Shown here one piece after another: positions 32,303-45,654 of a stretch of 64,000 nt of DNA. How positions within the stretch are numbered: position 1 is the first letter of the stretch; every line of letters starts with the position of its first letter. Below the pieces are notes generated by a model. That model saw nothing but the letters and a program-made list of their open reading frames with translations, was not told the DNA's origin and made no database searches. The stretch is from Ranitomeya imitator (lineage: Eukaryota), in NCBI RefSeq assembly GCF_032444005.1, contig NC_091285.1, positions 12,338,001 through 12,402,000 of the forward strand, written 5' to 3'. A program made the position numbers and the translations under genes.

Positions 32303-32789
32303 TTGATTAAAATAAATTGCTGTTTCATCACATTGCTCCCCATCTTAATCAGCCAGATGTGATAGAATTCCGATCATCCTTCTCCACTTATCGGTGAGAG
32401 TACGTGGCATATATTAAGCACAGGCACGAATATAAGAGGTCTCACCTTCATTACAACAAAATTTTGTTTCATCCAATTTCCTCAGAGCATATTTCATATT
32501 TTCCTTGCATAAGGCAGGCACAGTACCGTATAGGGAATGTGCCACTGACTGCGGAGCCACTAGGAAAGAGCTAAAAAAAAACGTGCAGTGCTCGATTCCC
32601 CCCTCCCGCTACTCCCCAGGGGATGCCATAATTGGGATGCCCAACTGACCAACCGGAAGAAAGAGTAAGGGGCGTCCGGCCACACCCTCAGGGGTTAAAT
32701 TCAGGTGCCCTGGGTCAGTGCTTTCCTCTTTCTCCCTGGCTGACCCTTGGAAGCTGTTGTGTCCCTGACCCCTGGATCTTCCATGCACC

Positions 32790-33880
32790 CTGTATAATGG
32801 CCACTCATGATGCTCAATACTGTATAATGGCCACACATGATGCTCCATACTGAATAATGGCCACACATGATGCTCCATACTGTATAATGGCCACACATGA
32901 TGCTCAGCACTGTATAATGGCCACACAGTGCTCCATACTTTATAATGGCCACACATGATGCTCCATACTGTATAATGGCCACACATGATGCTCAATACTG
33001 TATAATGGCCACACATGATGCTTAATACTGTGTAATGGCCACACAGTGCCCCATACTGTTTAATGGCCCCACATGATGCTCCATACTGTATAATGGGCAC
33101 ACATGATGCTCCATACTGTATACTGGCCACACATGATGCTCCATACTGTATAATGGCCCCACATGATGCTCCATACTGTATAATGGGCACACATGATGCT
33201 CCATACTGTATACTGGCCACACATGATGCTTCATACTGTATAATGGCCACACATGATGCTCCATACTGTATAATGGCCACACATGATGCTCCATACTGAA
33301 TAATGGCCACACATGATGCTTCATACTGTATAATGGCCACACATGATGCTCAGCACTGTATAATGGCCACACAGTGCTCCATACTTTATAATGGCCACAC
33401 ATGATGCTCCATACTGTATAATGGCCACACATGATGCTCAATACTGTATAATGGCCACACATGATGCTCAATACTGTGTAATGGCCACACAGTGCCCCAT
33501 ACTGTATAATGGCCCCACATGATGCTCCATACTGTATAATGGGCACACATGATGCTCCATACTGTATACTGGCCACACATGATGCTCCATACTGTATAAT
33601 GGCCACTCAGTGCTCCATACTGTATAATGGCACCACATGATGCTCAATACTGTATAATGGCCCCACATGATGCTCCATACTGTATAATGGGCACACATGA
33701 TGCTCCATACTGCATAATGGCCACACATGATGCTCCTTACTGTATAATGGCCACACAGTGCTCCATACTGTATAATGGCCACTCAGTGCTCCATACTGTA
33801 TAATGGCCCCACATGATGCTCAATATTGCATAATGGCCACACATGATATTGCGTGCAGTATAATGGCCACACATAGTTAC
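32790..33880. repeat. Minisatellite array 2 (reverse orientation) upstream of TRIM C
   Basis: ccacacatgatgctccatactgtataatgg units. Confidence 0.95.
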
Positions 33881-34860
33881 TCCTACACACACGGCTGCGT
33901 TCCATACACCTTGCATACACGGCTCCCCTCCATACACCTCGTACACACATGGCTCCGCTCCGTACACCTTGCACACACAGCTCTGCTCCGTACACCTCGT
34001 ACACACTCGGCTTTGCTCCATACATCTCGTACACACGCGGCTCCTCTCTGTACAAATTGCACACACTGCTCTGCTCCGTACACCTTGTACACACCCGGCT
34101 CTGCTCCGTACACGTTATACACACCCGGCTCTGCTCTGTACACCTCGTACACATGTGGCTCTGCTCCGTACACCTTGCACACACGGCTCCGCTCTGTTCA
34201 CCTCGTACACACACGGCTCCACTCTGTACACATACGGCTCTGCTCCGTACACCTCATACACATCCAACTCCGCTCTGTGCACCTCGTACACACGGCTCTG
34301 CTTCATACACCTTGCACACACTGCTCAGCTCTGTGCACCTCTTACACACACGGCTCTGCTCCGTACACTTCATACACGCAGCTCTGCTCCGTACACCTCA
34401 TACACATGCGGCTTCACTCCGTGCACCTCGTACACACGGCTCTGCTCTGTACACTTTGTGCACATGTGGCTCCGCTCCGTACAGGTAGCTCTTCTCCGTA
34501 CACCTTGCACACACTGCTCCGCTCTTTACACCTCGTACACATGGCTCCACACTGTACACATCCGGCTCCGCTCCGTACACCTCATACACACACAGCTCTG
34601 CTCCATACACCTCATAAACACCCGGCTCTGCTCTGTGCACCTCATACACACACGTCTCTGCTCTGTACACCTTGCACACACACAGTTCTGCTCCATGCAC
34701 CTCGTACACACAGCTCTGTTCCACACACCTTGTACACATGGCTCCACTCTGTGCACCTAGTACACACATGGCTCTGCTCCGTACACCTCGATCACACCCG
34801 GCTCCGCTCCGCACACCTCATACACACACAGCTCAGTACATCTCGTACACATGCGGCTCT
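33880..34860. repeat. Minisatellite array 1 (reverse orientation, degenerate) upstream of TRIM C
   Basis: acacggctctgctccgtacacctcgtac-type units. Confidence 0.92.
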
Positions 34861-35042
34861 GCTACATCCACACTGCAAACCCTTCCTGACCCCACACATA
34901 AGCTTACCCTCATCCAGCACCATGACAGCACAGCAAAGTCCTGCAATACACAGAGGCCCTTGATCATGTGACTCCTGACTCCTCCCCTCCTGTGACTTCA
35001 TCACAGGTCCTGTGCGCACAGAGCAGCGGCAGCCATATATGT

Positions 35043-35226
35043 CAGGGGTGTCAAACTGCATTCCTCGAGGGCCTCAAACCATGCGTGATTTCAAGAATTC
35101 CTTAGCATTGCACAAGGTGCTGGAATCATTCTCTGCAGGTGAATAAATTATCACCTGTGCAATGCAAGGAAATCCTGAAAACATGACCTTGTTGCAGCCC
35201 TCGAGGAATGCAGTTTGACACCCCTG
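35043..35226. mobile_element. hAT-type MITE, 184 bp
   Basis: TIR caggggtgtcaaactgcattcctcgaggg; perfect 8-bp TSD ATATATGT (35035-42, 35227-34). Confidence 0.9.
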
Positions 35227-35284
35227 ATATATGTGGTGTGCGGCTCTCTGCGGGTGGAGGGATGCCCTCTGCAGTGCAGGACAA

Positions 35285-36084
35285 TGTTGTGAATTCCGCT
35301 CTTGGGCTCCCTCCGGTGGTTGTAAGTGGCACTTTTGTGAGTTCTGCTCTTGGGCTCCCTCCGGTGGTTTTAAGTGGAATGGCTGCTCCTTGGATTTAGC
35401 TGTCCGCAGCTGCTTCCACTAATTGTCTATTCTGCTCGGCTATTTAGCCTGGCTCTCCCCTACAGCTTGTGCCACTTGTCAATGGTTCCTGGTTGGATTC
35501 ACATCTCTGTTTGGATTTCCCTGATATCCTGACCAGTTCAGCAAAGATAAGTCCTTGCTTGCTCTTTTCTGTCCACATGTTGTGGACTTCATTGTTCGGT
35601 ACATTCTATGTTTTTGTCCAGCTTGTCAGTATGGATTATTTCAGTTAAGCTGGAAGCTCTGGGAAGCAGATTTACCCTCCACACCTTTAGTCAGGTGTGG
35701 AGATTTTTGTAAACTCTGTGGTGGATTTTTCTAGTTTTTAATACTGACCGCACAGTATTCCGTCCTGTCCTATCTATCTAGCTAGACTGGCCTCCTCTGC
35801 TACATCCTGGTTTCATTCTACGTATGTCTTTTCCCTCTCCACTCACAGTCATTATTTGTGGGGGGCTATCTATTCTTTGGGGATTTTCTCTGAGGCAAGA
35901 TAGCTTTCCTGTTTCTAGCTTTAGGGGTAGTTAATTCTCAGGCTGTGACGAGGTGTCTAGGGAGTGACAGGAACATCCCACGGCTGCTTCTAGTGTGGTG
36001 TTGAGCTTAGGAACTGTGGTCAGTACAGGTACCACCTCCTTCTGAGCTTTTCCCATGTTGCTCCTAAACCACCAGTTCATAACA
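35285..36084. mobile_element. Solo LTR, 800 bp
   Basis: TGTTGTGAA...TTCATAACA inverted termini; 6-bp direct repeat GGACAA on both sides. Confidence 0.8.
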
Positions 36085-36398
36085 GGACAAGTATGGTCCC
36101 GCCCATGACCGCAGGGCAGACACTCAAAATTGGGACTGCCCCGTGGGATACGGGATGGTTGGGAGGTGTGCAATATACAGGGGACAGTTTTTTTTTCTCT
36201 GGCTTTATTAGAAAAATGGAAAATGTTCCATACAACACTGATCCACATTAAGTTATTTACTGAGATCCTCGGTGTCCTAAACCTGTAGATAGCACCTGAA
36301 GGGTAAGTTCAGTCTCGCCCTTTCTCATGAATGTGGATCACACCCACTGGGTGTGTGTTTGAGAATTCTACTTTCATTTCTTGCTTCTGCTTTCAGTG

Positions 36399-38078
36399 AT
36401 GGCGTCTGTTGTTCTAAGAAAGGAGCTGGAATGTTCCATCTGTCTGACCCTGTATACAGATCCTGTCACCCTGAGATGTGGACACAACTTCTGCCGGGTC
36501 TGTATTGATCGGTTCCTTAATACACAGGATGGATCTGGAGTTTATTCCTGTCCTGAATGTAGAGAAGAGTTTCTGGACCATCCGGCACTGAAGAAGAACA
36601 TAACTCTGTGCAATGTAGTGGAGAATTTCCGGTCTACTCATCCACATCAGGAGGAGATCACCGGGATCCACTGCACTTACTGCATTCACTCTCCGGTACC
36701 TGCTGTTAGATCCTGTCTACACTGTGAGGCTTCTCTGTGTGATAATCACCTGAGGGTTCACAGTAAAGGACCAGAACACGTCCTCACTGATCCCAGCACT
36801 TCTCTGGAGACCAGGAAATGTTCTGTCCATAAGAAGATCCTGGAATATTACTGCACGGAGGACGCTGCTTGTATCTGTGTGTCCTGCAGTTTGGCCGGAG
36901 AACATCGGGGACACCGGGTGGAGATGCTGGAGGAGGCCTCCGAGAAGAAGAAGAAGAAACTGAGAAATGTTCTCCAGAAACTGATCACAAAGAGGAAGAA
37001 GACTGAAGAAAGAGTCCGGAGTCTGGAGGAGCGCAAGAGAAAAGCTAAGAAAAAATCATCTGGAGAAGCCGAGAGAGTCACTGCCCTGTTTATAGACATC
37101 AGGAGACGGGTGGACGACCTGGAGAAGAGGGTCCTGAGTGACATCTCCTGGCAGGAGAAGGAAGAGTCACTGTCACTGTCTGATGTGATCCGGAATCTGG
37201 AAATAAAGAAGGCCGAGCTGTCCAGGACTATGAGGTACATTGAAGAGCTGTGTAACATGACGGATCCACTGACTGTTTTACAGGATCCAGACATCGGTGA
37301 TTTGTGTGATCCTGAGGAGGAGGAAGGTGATGAGGGCACAGGAGGACATGATGGAGGTGAGGACACAGGGGGACATGATGGAGGTGATGAGGACAGATGG
37401 GGACATTATGGAGGTGATCGGGGTGCGGAGCTGATATCACACATATCACACACATTATCTGCTATGATAAGAGATATAAATGTGATCTTCCATGTTCAGG
37501 ATCCTGCAGACATATTACTGGATGTAAACACGGCTGGTAATAATCTCCTTATATCAGACGACCTGAAAACTGCAACCTGGACAGAAATAACACAGAATCG
37601 TCCAGAAACAGCAGAGAGATTCCAGTATATTCAGGTGATGAGCGGGAGGAGATTTACCTCAGGACGACATTACTGGGATGTGGAGATCAGGGGATCAGGA
37701 TGGTGGAGTGTGGGGATGTGTTACCCCAGTATAGACAGGGGGGGGCAGTCGGACATTGGAGATGATAACAAGTCCTGGGGTTTATGTGGGGTGTGTAATA
37801 ATCTCTATTCAGTGAGACATGACAATAATAAGATCCCGTTACCTCTCGGGATCTCCAGTGATAGAGTCAGGATATATCTGGATTATGAGGCCGAGCAGTT
37901 GTCCTTTTATGCGCTGTGTGACCCCATCAGACACTTACACACCTTCACTGCCGCCTTCTCCGAGCCTCTACATGCTGTGTTATGTGTACATGATGGTTCT
38001 ATAAAGATATCAGGGGGAGCTGAGAGGAATCGTAAACGAAGAAGAATCTGCCTGGAGACTGATGACTTAATAGCGTGA
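36399..38078 (+). CDS. TRIM E3 ligase copy C, 559 aa, with a frameshift-derived C-terminal tail
   Basis: Same RBCC-PRY/SPRY architecture as A; ATG at 36399 after the acceptor; ends GGAERNRKRRRICLETDDLIA. Confidence 0.95.
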   Translation: MASVVLRKELECSICLTLYTDPVTLRCGHNFCRVCIDRFLNTQDGSGVYSCPECREEFLDHPALKKNITLCNVVENFRSTHPHQEEITGIHCTYCIHSPVPAVRSCLHCEASLCDNHLRVHSKGPEHVLTDPSTSLETRKCSVHKKILEYYCTEDAACICVSCSLAGEHRGHRVEMLEEASEKKKKKLRNVLQKLITKRKKTEERVRSLEERKRKAKKKSSGEAERVTALFIDIRRRVDDLEKRVLSDISWQEKEESLSLSDVIRNLEIKKAELSRTMRYIEELCNMTDPLTVLQDPDIGDLCDPEEEEGDEGTGGHDGGEDTGGHDGGDEDRWGHYGGDRGAELISHISHTLSAMIRDINVIFHVQDPADILLDVNTAGNNLLISDDLKTATWTEITQNRPETAERFQYIQVMSGRRFTSGRHYWDVEIRGSGWWSVGMCYPSIDRGGQSDIGDDNKSWGLCGVCNNLYSVRHDNNKIPLPLGISSDRVRIYLDYEAEQLSFYALCDPIRHLHTFTAAFSEPLHAVLCVHDGSIKISGGAERNRKRRRICLETDDLIA

Positions 38079-40379
38079 ACAATCTGATTGGTGTATCACT
38101 CAGCCAGTAGGAGGCAGCGGTGGGAGGGGCTACAGCTGAGCTCATTTTCTCCAGGACTCTGTATAAACAGGGATCTAAGGGGGGACATTTCTTTTCTAGA
38201 GACGTCAGAGTGAGGAGACTTATAGGCCATACACTGCTCCTTTGTGAAATGAAATATGTGAACTGTCTCTTCAGAGAGGAAAAGGACTTGATCTCTAGTG
38301 TCATTATTGGAAGGAGCAATCTTGCGACTTGACTTAGGATAAAAGCTGGAGAGCATCTGGTCAGACTTTTATCCTTAAGTCATGTGATAAGGCTCATTAA
38401 ATGGTCAATATTTCCAATAGGTGGCACTAGATCTCAAGTCCTCTTCCTCTCAGAAAAGACAATTTGCATATCCATGCACACATTAACCCCTTATGGACTA
38501 TGGGCACCTTTGACTGAATGAAATTATATAAATGTTAGTGATTTTCTTTAGCTGTACTGCAGTCTTCATCCATTCTCAGACCTCCTAAAATGCAGTTCAT
38601 AATCTGTTCCTAGTTTCAGACTGGTCTCCTGTGGTCGTGTCCCTCTCAGTAATACAGGTTGGATGTGAGGTTTGTGTGTCCAAGATGCTGCCGTATTCTT
38701 CAGATCTCATGTGTCAGCACAGCTTCATTCCTGGACCTCATAGATGTGTAGCATTCACCTTACGCCTCTGTTCACACTCTGATCCTGTACAGTACCTTCC
38801 TGACCATTTTTATCTCCTGCCATTTACTTACATCAGTATATCTCCTTGTGCGGTATTATATCATTGTTAGCTAATTTCTAGTAGAGCTTAATAGTCCTGC
38901 AATACAATGGGACTTGTAATAACTGAGCAGTGTAGGGCTGAGACAAAGCTGGACTGTGTTTGTTGCCTGCTGCTGACAGATCAGTGATGTGAAACTGCAA
39001 TGCCACTCTGTTGATACATAAAGCAGAAGATTATTTTCTGCCATATGCAAAAACTTTTAACATTTTCAGTTTCGCATCCCTGATCTGACCTCTCACACTG
39101 CAGAGTCTTAGGGTCCAATTCATGAAAATTTTCACACCTTAATTCTGTCGTAAAAGCTTTGAAAAGTTCCTACATTTAGGGACGGGGCATGAGGCCACAG
39201 CTCGTCAAATTCATGATGAGCTGTGGAGTTCCATTCACCAGAAATCTCATTCCAGTCCAGCATTACCCCTCATCAAGACCAGCATGAAAAATACTGATAT
39301 TGATGAAACGTGGCCTAAGTGTACTCTTTGTTATGCAGTTTCAGCCTGTCTCCCTGCCTCCTGCTTGTGACAGGTTTTTCCTTTAAGCTTTTAAAGGTGT
39401 TTATTTGCATCTCATAAATACAATACTGTATATTCTGACCCCTTAATGGCATATTCCTAATGTAATTTTGTCAGGTTGCTTCCCTTTTATGGTCTATTTC
39501 TCATGTAAATTGAGCAGGGGGTGGGTAAGGGTCAACCACAACATGAAAGTGTAAAGTTTGGCGGGGATGTGGAAATGTTAGGAAAGATCTTGTGCTGAAT
39601 GTTATTCTGATTTATATGCAATAAAAACCAATGATAAGAATCCTGGTGTCTGAGCGTTCTGATGATCTTGTGTGAACGGAAGATGAAGTTGCCACATCGG
39701 GGTCAGGTCCTATATCGGGGTCAGGTCTTATACCGGGGCCAGGTCTTATATCGGGGTCAGGTCTTATATCGGGGCCAGGTGTTACATCTTTCTGTAAGGG
39801 ATTAGGAGAGTGAAGAATAATCATTGGACAATGAGAAGATCTACAATTTTATAAGAGACTTTGGGCCCAATTTATTATTGCTTTTGCATCTTTTTTGTCT
39901 AGTTTTTGGTATTTTTGCATTTTATTTTTGTTTATCTTTGTGCCTTTTTTAAAGTCTGTTTTATATGTGTTCACATGGCTTTTTTTTCATGATCATCATT
40001 CTTTGGAGTTTCCACATTTTTTTAATTTTGATTCATCATGTGCGACTTTTTAAAAACGTACTAAAAGTTTACACAAACGTTCTACTGTCTTTCCCATTTC
40101 CGAGTAATTTTACTTCTGCCAGAAATTTTTGTGCAAATTTTATGACATTTTAGTGGACATGTTTGTTTTTTTTGCTCTAAAAAGTTGCAAAAAGATTTGA
40201 CAATTTTTTTTTTGTATTTTGCACAAAAATCATGAATCATATTCACCACTTAAATGCAAAAAACATCAATGAATATCACAAGACAAAAAAAGTGACTTAA
40301 AAATTTGCAAATGATGAATCGCGCTTCTTGTAAATTAATTATCCACCATTTTAAACATTTGATTAGTGTCAGGAAATGA

Positions 40380-40757
40380 AACTATTAACTTTTGGCCAAG
40401 ATCTCATCGCCGAGATCTCAATCTGCGCATGCGCCGCCTCCAGCGGCCATTTTCCCTGAGGTCACGGCATTGCAGCAATGGAAGTGCGGGCGCTTCAGGC
40501 TTTCACAAAATGTCAGAAGAGCCCCGCACCACTGCGCACCACCGAATACTGCCGGACCAGTCTGGGATGGGAGTCGTATCATCGCCCTGCAGCATTGGAC
40601 CCCCGAACACCCCCTCTTCCCAGCCCAGGGCCGGCAGAATCGTCTGACTCCTGCTGCCGCCACACTACTGGTAAGTACATTCCAACTATAAGATGCACCC
40701 CCATTTTCTCCCCAAATTTTTGGGGAAAAAATGTGTCTTATAGTCCGAAAAATACGG
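40380..40757. mobile_element. One end of a Tc1/mariner-type non-autonomous element
   Basis: Ends gtcttatagtccgaaaaatacgg|TA; truncates the TRIM C 3' flank homology. Confidence 0.45.
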
Positions 40758-41271
40758 TATATGCTGCGTACCTATCTTTAACATTAGGTACGCAGGTCAT
40801 GCGGCTGTATGAGGATGCTGTCGCATGCGCCGTTTTGACGATGCAGCGACCAGCGTAGGACGCAGCCTGTAGCATTTTTTTTTCTGCATCGTCAAAAAGA
40901 TAGGTACGCAGGCCGCATGCAGAAGTAGGCGGAGCTAGCGGCGGAGGTGCGGCCGAGGGCGGGGCTTCACGGAGGAAGTCCGCAGCCTGCCGCAGATCAG
41001 GTAAACGCTAGTGTGAAACTAGACTTATTGAGCCACAAAGCAGGCAAATAACACATAGAACAGTCCCAGCAAAAATATCCCAAGATCAAGCACATTACAG
41101 AGTCTCACTATTTCCCTGACTCGCCGGAGTTCTGGCAGCTGTTAGATCAGAGCATCCAGGGTCGACTCCCCCACCTGTTGCTCACGCACAGAGAGGAGGT
41201 AATGACGAGCACAATCTGCCTCCATCTTTCTCCGATTGCTGTGGCCAGATTCGCTTTGCAGGTTGGATTCT

Positions 41272-41530
41272 AGTCATCGACCATTTTCTTCAACTTCCAC
41301 CAAAGATTCTCCGTTGGATTGAGATCCGGACTATTTGCCGGCCATGACATTGACCTTATGTGTCTTTTTTCAAGGAATGTTCTCACAGTTTTTGCTCTAT
41401 GGCAGGATGCAATAACATCGTGAAAAATGATTTCATCATCCCCAAACATCCTTTCAATTGATGGGATAAGAAAAGTGTCCATAATATCAACATAAACTTG
41501 TGCATTTATTGAAGATGTAATGACAGCCAT
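41272..41530 (-). mobile_element. Tc1 transposase C-terminal remnant
   Basis: IIFHDVIASCHRAK...WPANSPDLNPTENLW. Confidence 0.75.
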
Positions 41531-41974
41531 GCCCAGGATCAAAACTAGGGGGGGAAGCCATGGTCGTTCAGGTTGTAAAATGTTAGAACGTGCGTACAAC
41601 AGGGGACGGCGCTTTGGGCGGAGCTGGGTTTCCTCTGCGTCCAAAGCGCTGCAAGTACGCAGTGTGGAAACATACCCTAACACACTGCAGCGGCACTCAG
41701 GTATATAATTACACTCCGTGCAGACGTCACATATTGGATCTTTCTTCGCATAAGAGAATAGATTAATCCATTAGCACATGAGCCCTGCACTGCTGCAGGG
41801 TATGATGGCCACTAACAGCACTCTGCAGCAGCATGTATGTATAAAAAACAAACAAAATGGAGTTCTATACAATTAGGTAAAAAAACAATACTTTATTAAT
41901 TAATAATTACAAATACAATTAATATAGACAAAAAAGGACAATTGACACTGGTATAAAAGCATGGGTCTCCACTC

Positions 41975-43480
41975 TTGATGGTAGATGTTTGATGTTCGAT
42001 CCCTGATGCTGTGCGCACTTTGGCAGTTGGCAGCTTGGCTAGATTAGACTTGCACTTGCGTTAAACTTTGCATTGTGCTGCCATAATACACACATAATGG
42101 ATTGTTACCATAGTGATGTACCATCACTGATGTTCTGACTTATGACCTCATGGTAGGGCCCGACATATGAGAGCCTTCTTGCTGCATTATCTGCAACATG
42201 ATCCCTGTATAGTTATGATTAGGAATAATGCTGACTACTGGGTGCCACTCAGTTAGGTCCACGTTATAAACCAAATTTTGCCAGATGATTTCTGCCGTAG
42301 AAAGGGACCCGCGGATGCTGGAGTATCGAAACATGCTTTTACACAACCGTAAGAGAGCTTTTCCCCAAGACAGCAGTGAAGCACACGGTTCACATCGCAG
42401 TTATAGACTTCCAACCTCCGGCACATCAATTCGTCAACGCCAAAACATTAGCAGCAGCGGTGGAAGCGGAAGAAGCAACTTCCGTGAGTCCTTTGACACT
42501 TTTTTTAGACCAACTCGTGCACCAGCACAATAGAGTCCACGTCTTACACGTGGTGAACGAATGGAGAGGATGGTGCAGGAGTATCTAGAACTGAATATCA
42601 GGGAGGGTTTGGATCCTATCACATTTTCGTCTTCCAAAAAGGATGAGTGGCCCGAGCTCGCCTCACACGCCTTGGAGTTTTTATTGTGCCCAGCAGCCTA
42701 CGATTTCTCAGAGCGTGTCTTCAGGTGGTGGTGCTGCTGGTGGTGTCCTGACGTATAAGCGAATCCGGCTGTCCTCTGAAAGTGTAGACCGCCTAACTTT
42801 CATCAGCATGAACAAGTCATGGATCCCCAAGGACTTTTGCTCCTCATTTGCAGAGTGTACAGACTAGGTGATATTGCATTTTTTAGTGTGATGCATTAAT
42901 GTCACGTAACTACAGTCTGTGATATCTTTAATGTGTCTTCTGTTGCTGCTGCTGCTGCTGATGATGTTAACACAAATTTGTGGAAATGTGAACAGTCATG
43001 GTTGGTCTACATCTTCTGGATTAGCTGTAGTGGAAGACGTGTCAGTCCCAATTAAACTGTTTCTATTCTCGTGACAGTTATTCCACTTCGGTGGTGTCAG
43101 GTACTTATTTTTTTAAATGTGAAGACTCTTGGTTGGGTGTCCTTCTGCTGGATTGGGTGTAGAGACAGACTTGTCGGTTCCTATTATACTATTTCTACTG
43201 TGATAAAATTGATGCCACTTCTGTGGTGTAAGGCCCTTATTTCTTTAAATGTGAACACTCCTTGTTGGGTGTCCATCTGCTGCATTGGGTGTAGTGGAAG
43301 AACTGTCGGTTCCTATTATACTATTTCTTCTGTGGTGAAATTGATGCCACTTTGGTGTTGTCTGGCAATAATTTTTAAAAATGTGAACACTCCTAGTTGG
43401 GTCTCCTTCATGCGTGTTGTCTGTAGCAGTAGGCCTCTGACACCGTCAGGCCTCCACTTCCTTGGACTCAACTACCTGTG
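41975..43480. repeat. Duplicate of ~230-1590 (hAT remnant plus 132-bp repeats), marking the start of the TRIM D unit
   Basis: Near-identical colinear sequence; ORFs 42140-42867 mirror 390-1111. Confidence 0.92.
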
Positions 43481-43895
43481 TTACTATCCCTACATTTTTC
43501 TGACAATAGTAGTCTACAAAACTGATATTTGTGCCACCTGTGTGTGGCTCAGCATGAAAACAGGTAGAGGTGTTGCATGTGGTATCAGGGCTCCCAGCAT
43601 AGGAGGCCTACACCGATCCCTCACCCATCTTGTCTCGTCCCAGACTCCGATACCTCATGCCTGGCTGATTGATGCAGTGCCATGCTACAATTAGTACTGT
43701 GGTTGAATTGAGGCCACTTTCCTGATGTCTGCACCTAATTTGATGTGTTTGGCAGCATTTGGAGCCGTTTTAAGGTTGTTTTTGCCTCCATCACCCACAA
43801 GGCGGACATGCTTTTTCCAAACTCCTACTAGAGCTGCCCTACTGGGACTCATTCCTTATACCCTTTCTGTCCTCCATTTATCCTTCTGGCACAAG

Positions 43896-43939
43896 TGAGG
43901 TTTTGACAAAGACCGTCCCTGGTCGAAACGTTAATCTTA
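43896..43939 (+). ncRNA. Minimal type I hammerhead ribozyme, U3-A8 variant, all helices formable
   Basis: Helix I TGAGGTT/AATCTTA (7 bp, 2 G-U); core TTGACAA+A; helix II GACC/GGTC; GAAA; palindromic ACGT helix III; GUU triplet; followed by AATAAA and GAGTGC. Confidence 0.65.
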
Positions 43940-44459
43940 TTGTCCGCAATCACTATATATCTGAAAGCACCTGGTGATGTTTGTATACACGAATAAAGAA
44001 ACAACCCTTTTTGCATAAATCTCAACTACTTGAGTGCGGCTGATTTTCTTGTTGATATAAGGTGTTGTGCATGTATTTGTTTTTGCCTCCCATTGACTAG
44101 AATGGCATTTGGCTATGTTCGGCTAATATTCGACGAATTAATTGGCGAATATTGCAAATTTAGCTATCGTAATCCGAATCGAAGATTTAAATATTCGCTC
44201 ATCTCTCCTTATAATACTCTCTGTTAACCCTACTAATCACCCAAAAAGTCAGGTTGTAGCAATGTCACACCTCCCAACTTTTGAAGAAGGGAAGAAGGGA
44301 CAAAGTTTGTGGCACACGCAGCACGCCGTGGCAAATCTTAGGCCACGCCTCTGACCACACCCATTTCACAACTAGTCACACCCATATCCACGTCCCAACC
44401 ACACGCATTTAGCACTGTTGATCACACTGTTTTATAAACAATAATTATAAACAAAAAAA

Positions 44460-45654
44460 TATGACCACACATGATGCTCCATACTGTATAATGGCCCCAC
44501 ATGATGCTCAATACTGTATAATGGCCTCACATGATGCTCCATACAGTATAATGGCCACACATGATGCTCAATACTGTCTAATGGCCACACAGTGCTCTAT
44601 ACTGTATAATGGCCACACAGTGCTCAATACTGTATAATGGCCACACATGATGCCCTATACTGTATAATGGCCCCAAATGATGCTCAATACTGCATAATGG
44701 CCACACATGATGCTCAATACTGTATAATGTGCACACATGATGCTCCATACTGTATAATGGCCACACATGATGCTCAATACTGTACAATGGCCACACATGA
44801 TGCTCAATACTGTACAATGGCCACACATGATGCTCAATACTGTATAATGGACACACATGATGCTCAATACTGAATAATGGCCACACAGGATGCTCCATAC
44901 TGTATAATGGTCACACAGTGCTCCATACTGTACAATGGCCACACATGATGCACAATACTGTGTAATGGCCACACATGATGCTCAATACGGTATAATGGCC
45001 CCACATGATGCTCTATACTGTATAATGGCCACACATGATGCTCCATACCGTTTAATGGCCACACAGTGCTCCATACTGTATAATGGTGACACAGTGCTCC
45101 ATACTGTATAATGACCAAACAGTGCTCCATATTGTATAATGGCCCCACATGATGTTCCACACTGTATAACGGCCACATATGACACTGCGTACAGTATAAT
45201 GGCCTCACATGATACTGCGTACAGTATAATGGCCACACATGATGCTCAGTACTGTATAATGGCCACACATGATATTGCATGCAGTATAATGGCCAACCAT
45301 AGTTGCTCCGTACACCTTGCACACATGGCTACGCTCCGTACACCTCATACACACGTGGCTCTGCTCCGTACACCTCGTACACACCCGGTTCTGCTCCGTA
45401 CACCTCATACACACACACGGCTCTGCTCTGTACACCTTGTACACACCCGGCTCCTCTCCGTACACCTCGTACACACACGGCTCCGCTACGCACACCTTGC
45501 ACACACGGCTCCGCTCTGTACACCTTGTACACACCCGGCTCCTCTCCGTACACCTCATACACACAAGGCTCAGCTACGTACACCATGCACACACGGCTCC
45601 GCTCTGTACACCTTGTACATACCCGGCTCCTCTCCGTACACCTCATACACACGC
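44460..45654. repeat. Minisatellite arrays 2 then 1 (reverse orientation); array 1 resumes at 52082-52345 after the LTR element
   Basis: Directly visible units; switch at ~45300. Confidence 0.93.

Noticed and set aside
32900-33790. Repeated CACAGTG resembling V(D)J RSS heptamers in array 2
   Set aside because: No ACAAAAACC-like nonamer at 12 or 23 nt; heptamer arises from a 2-nt-shorter unit variant.
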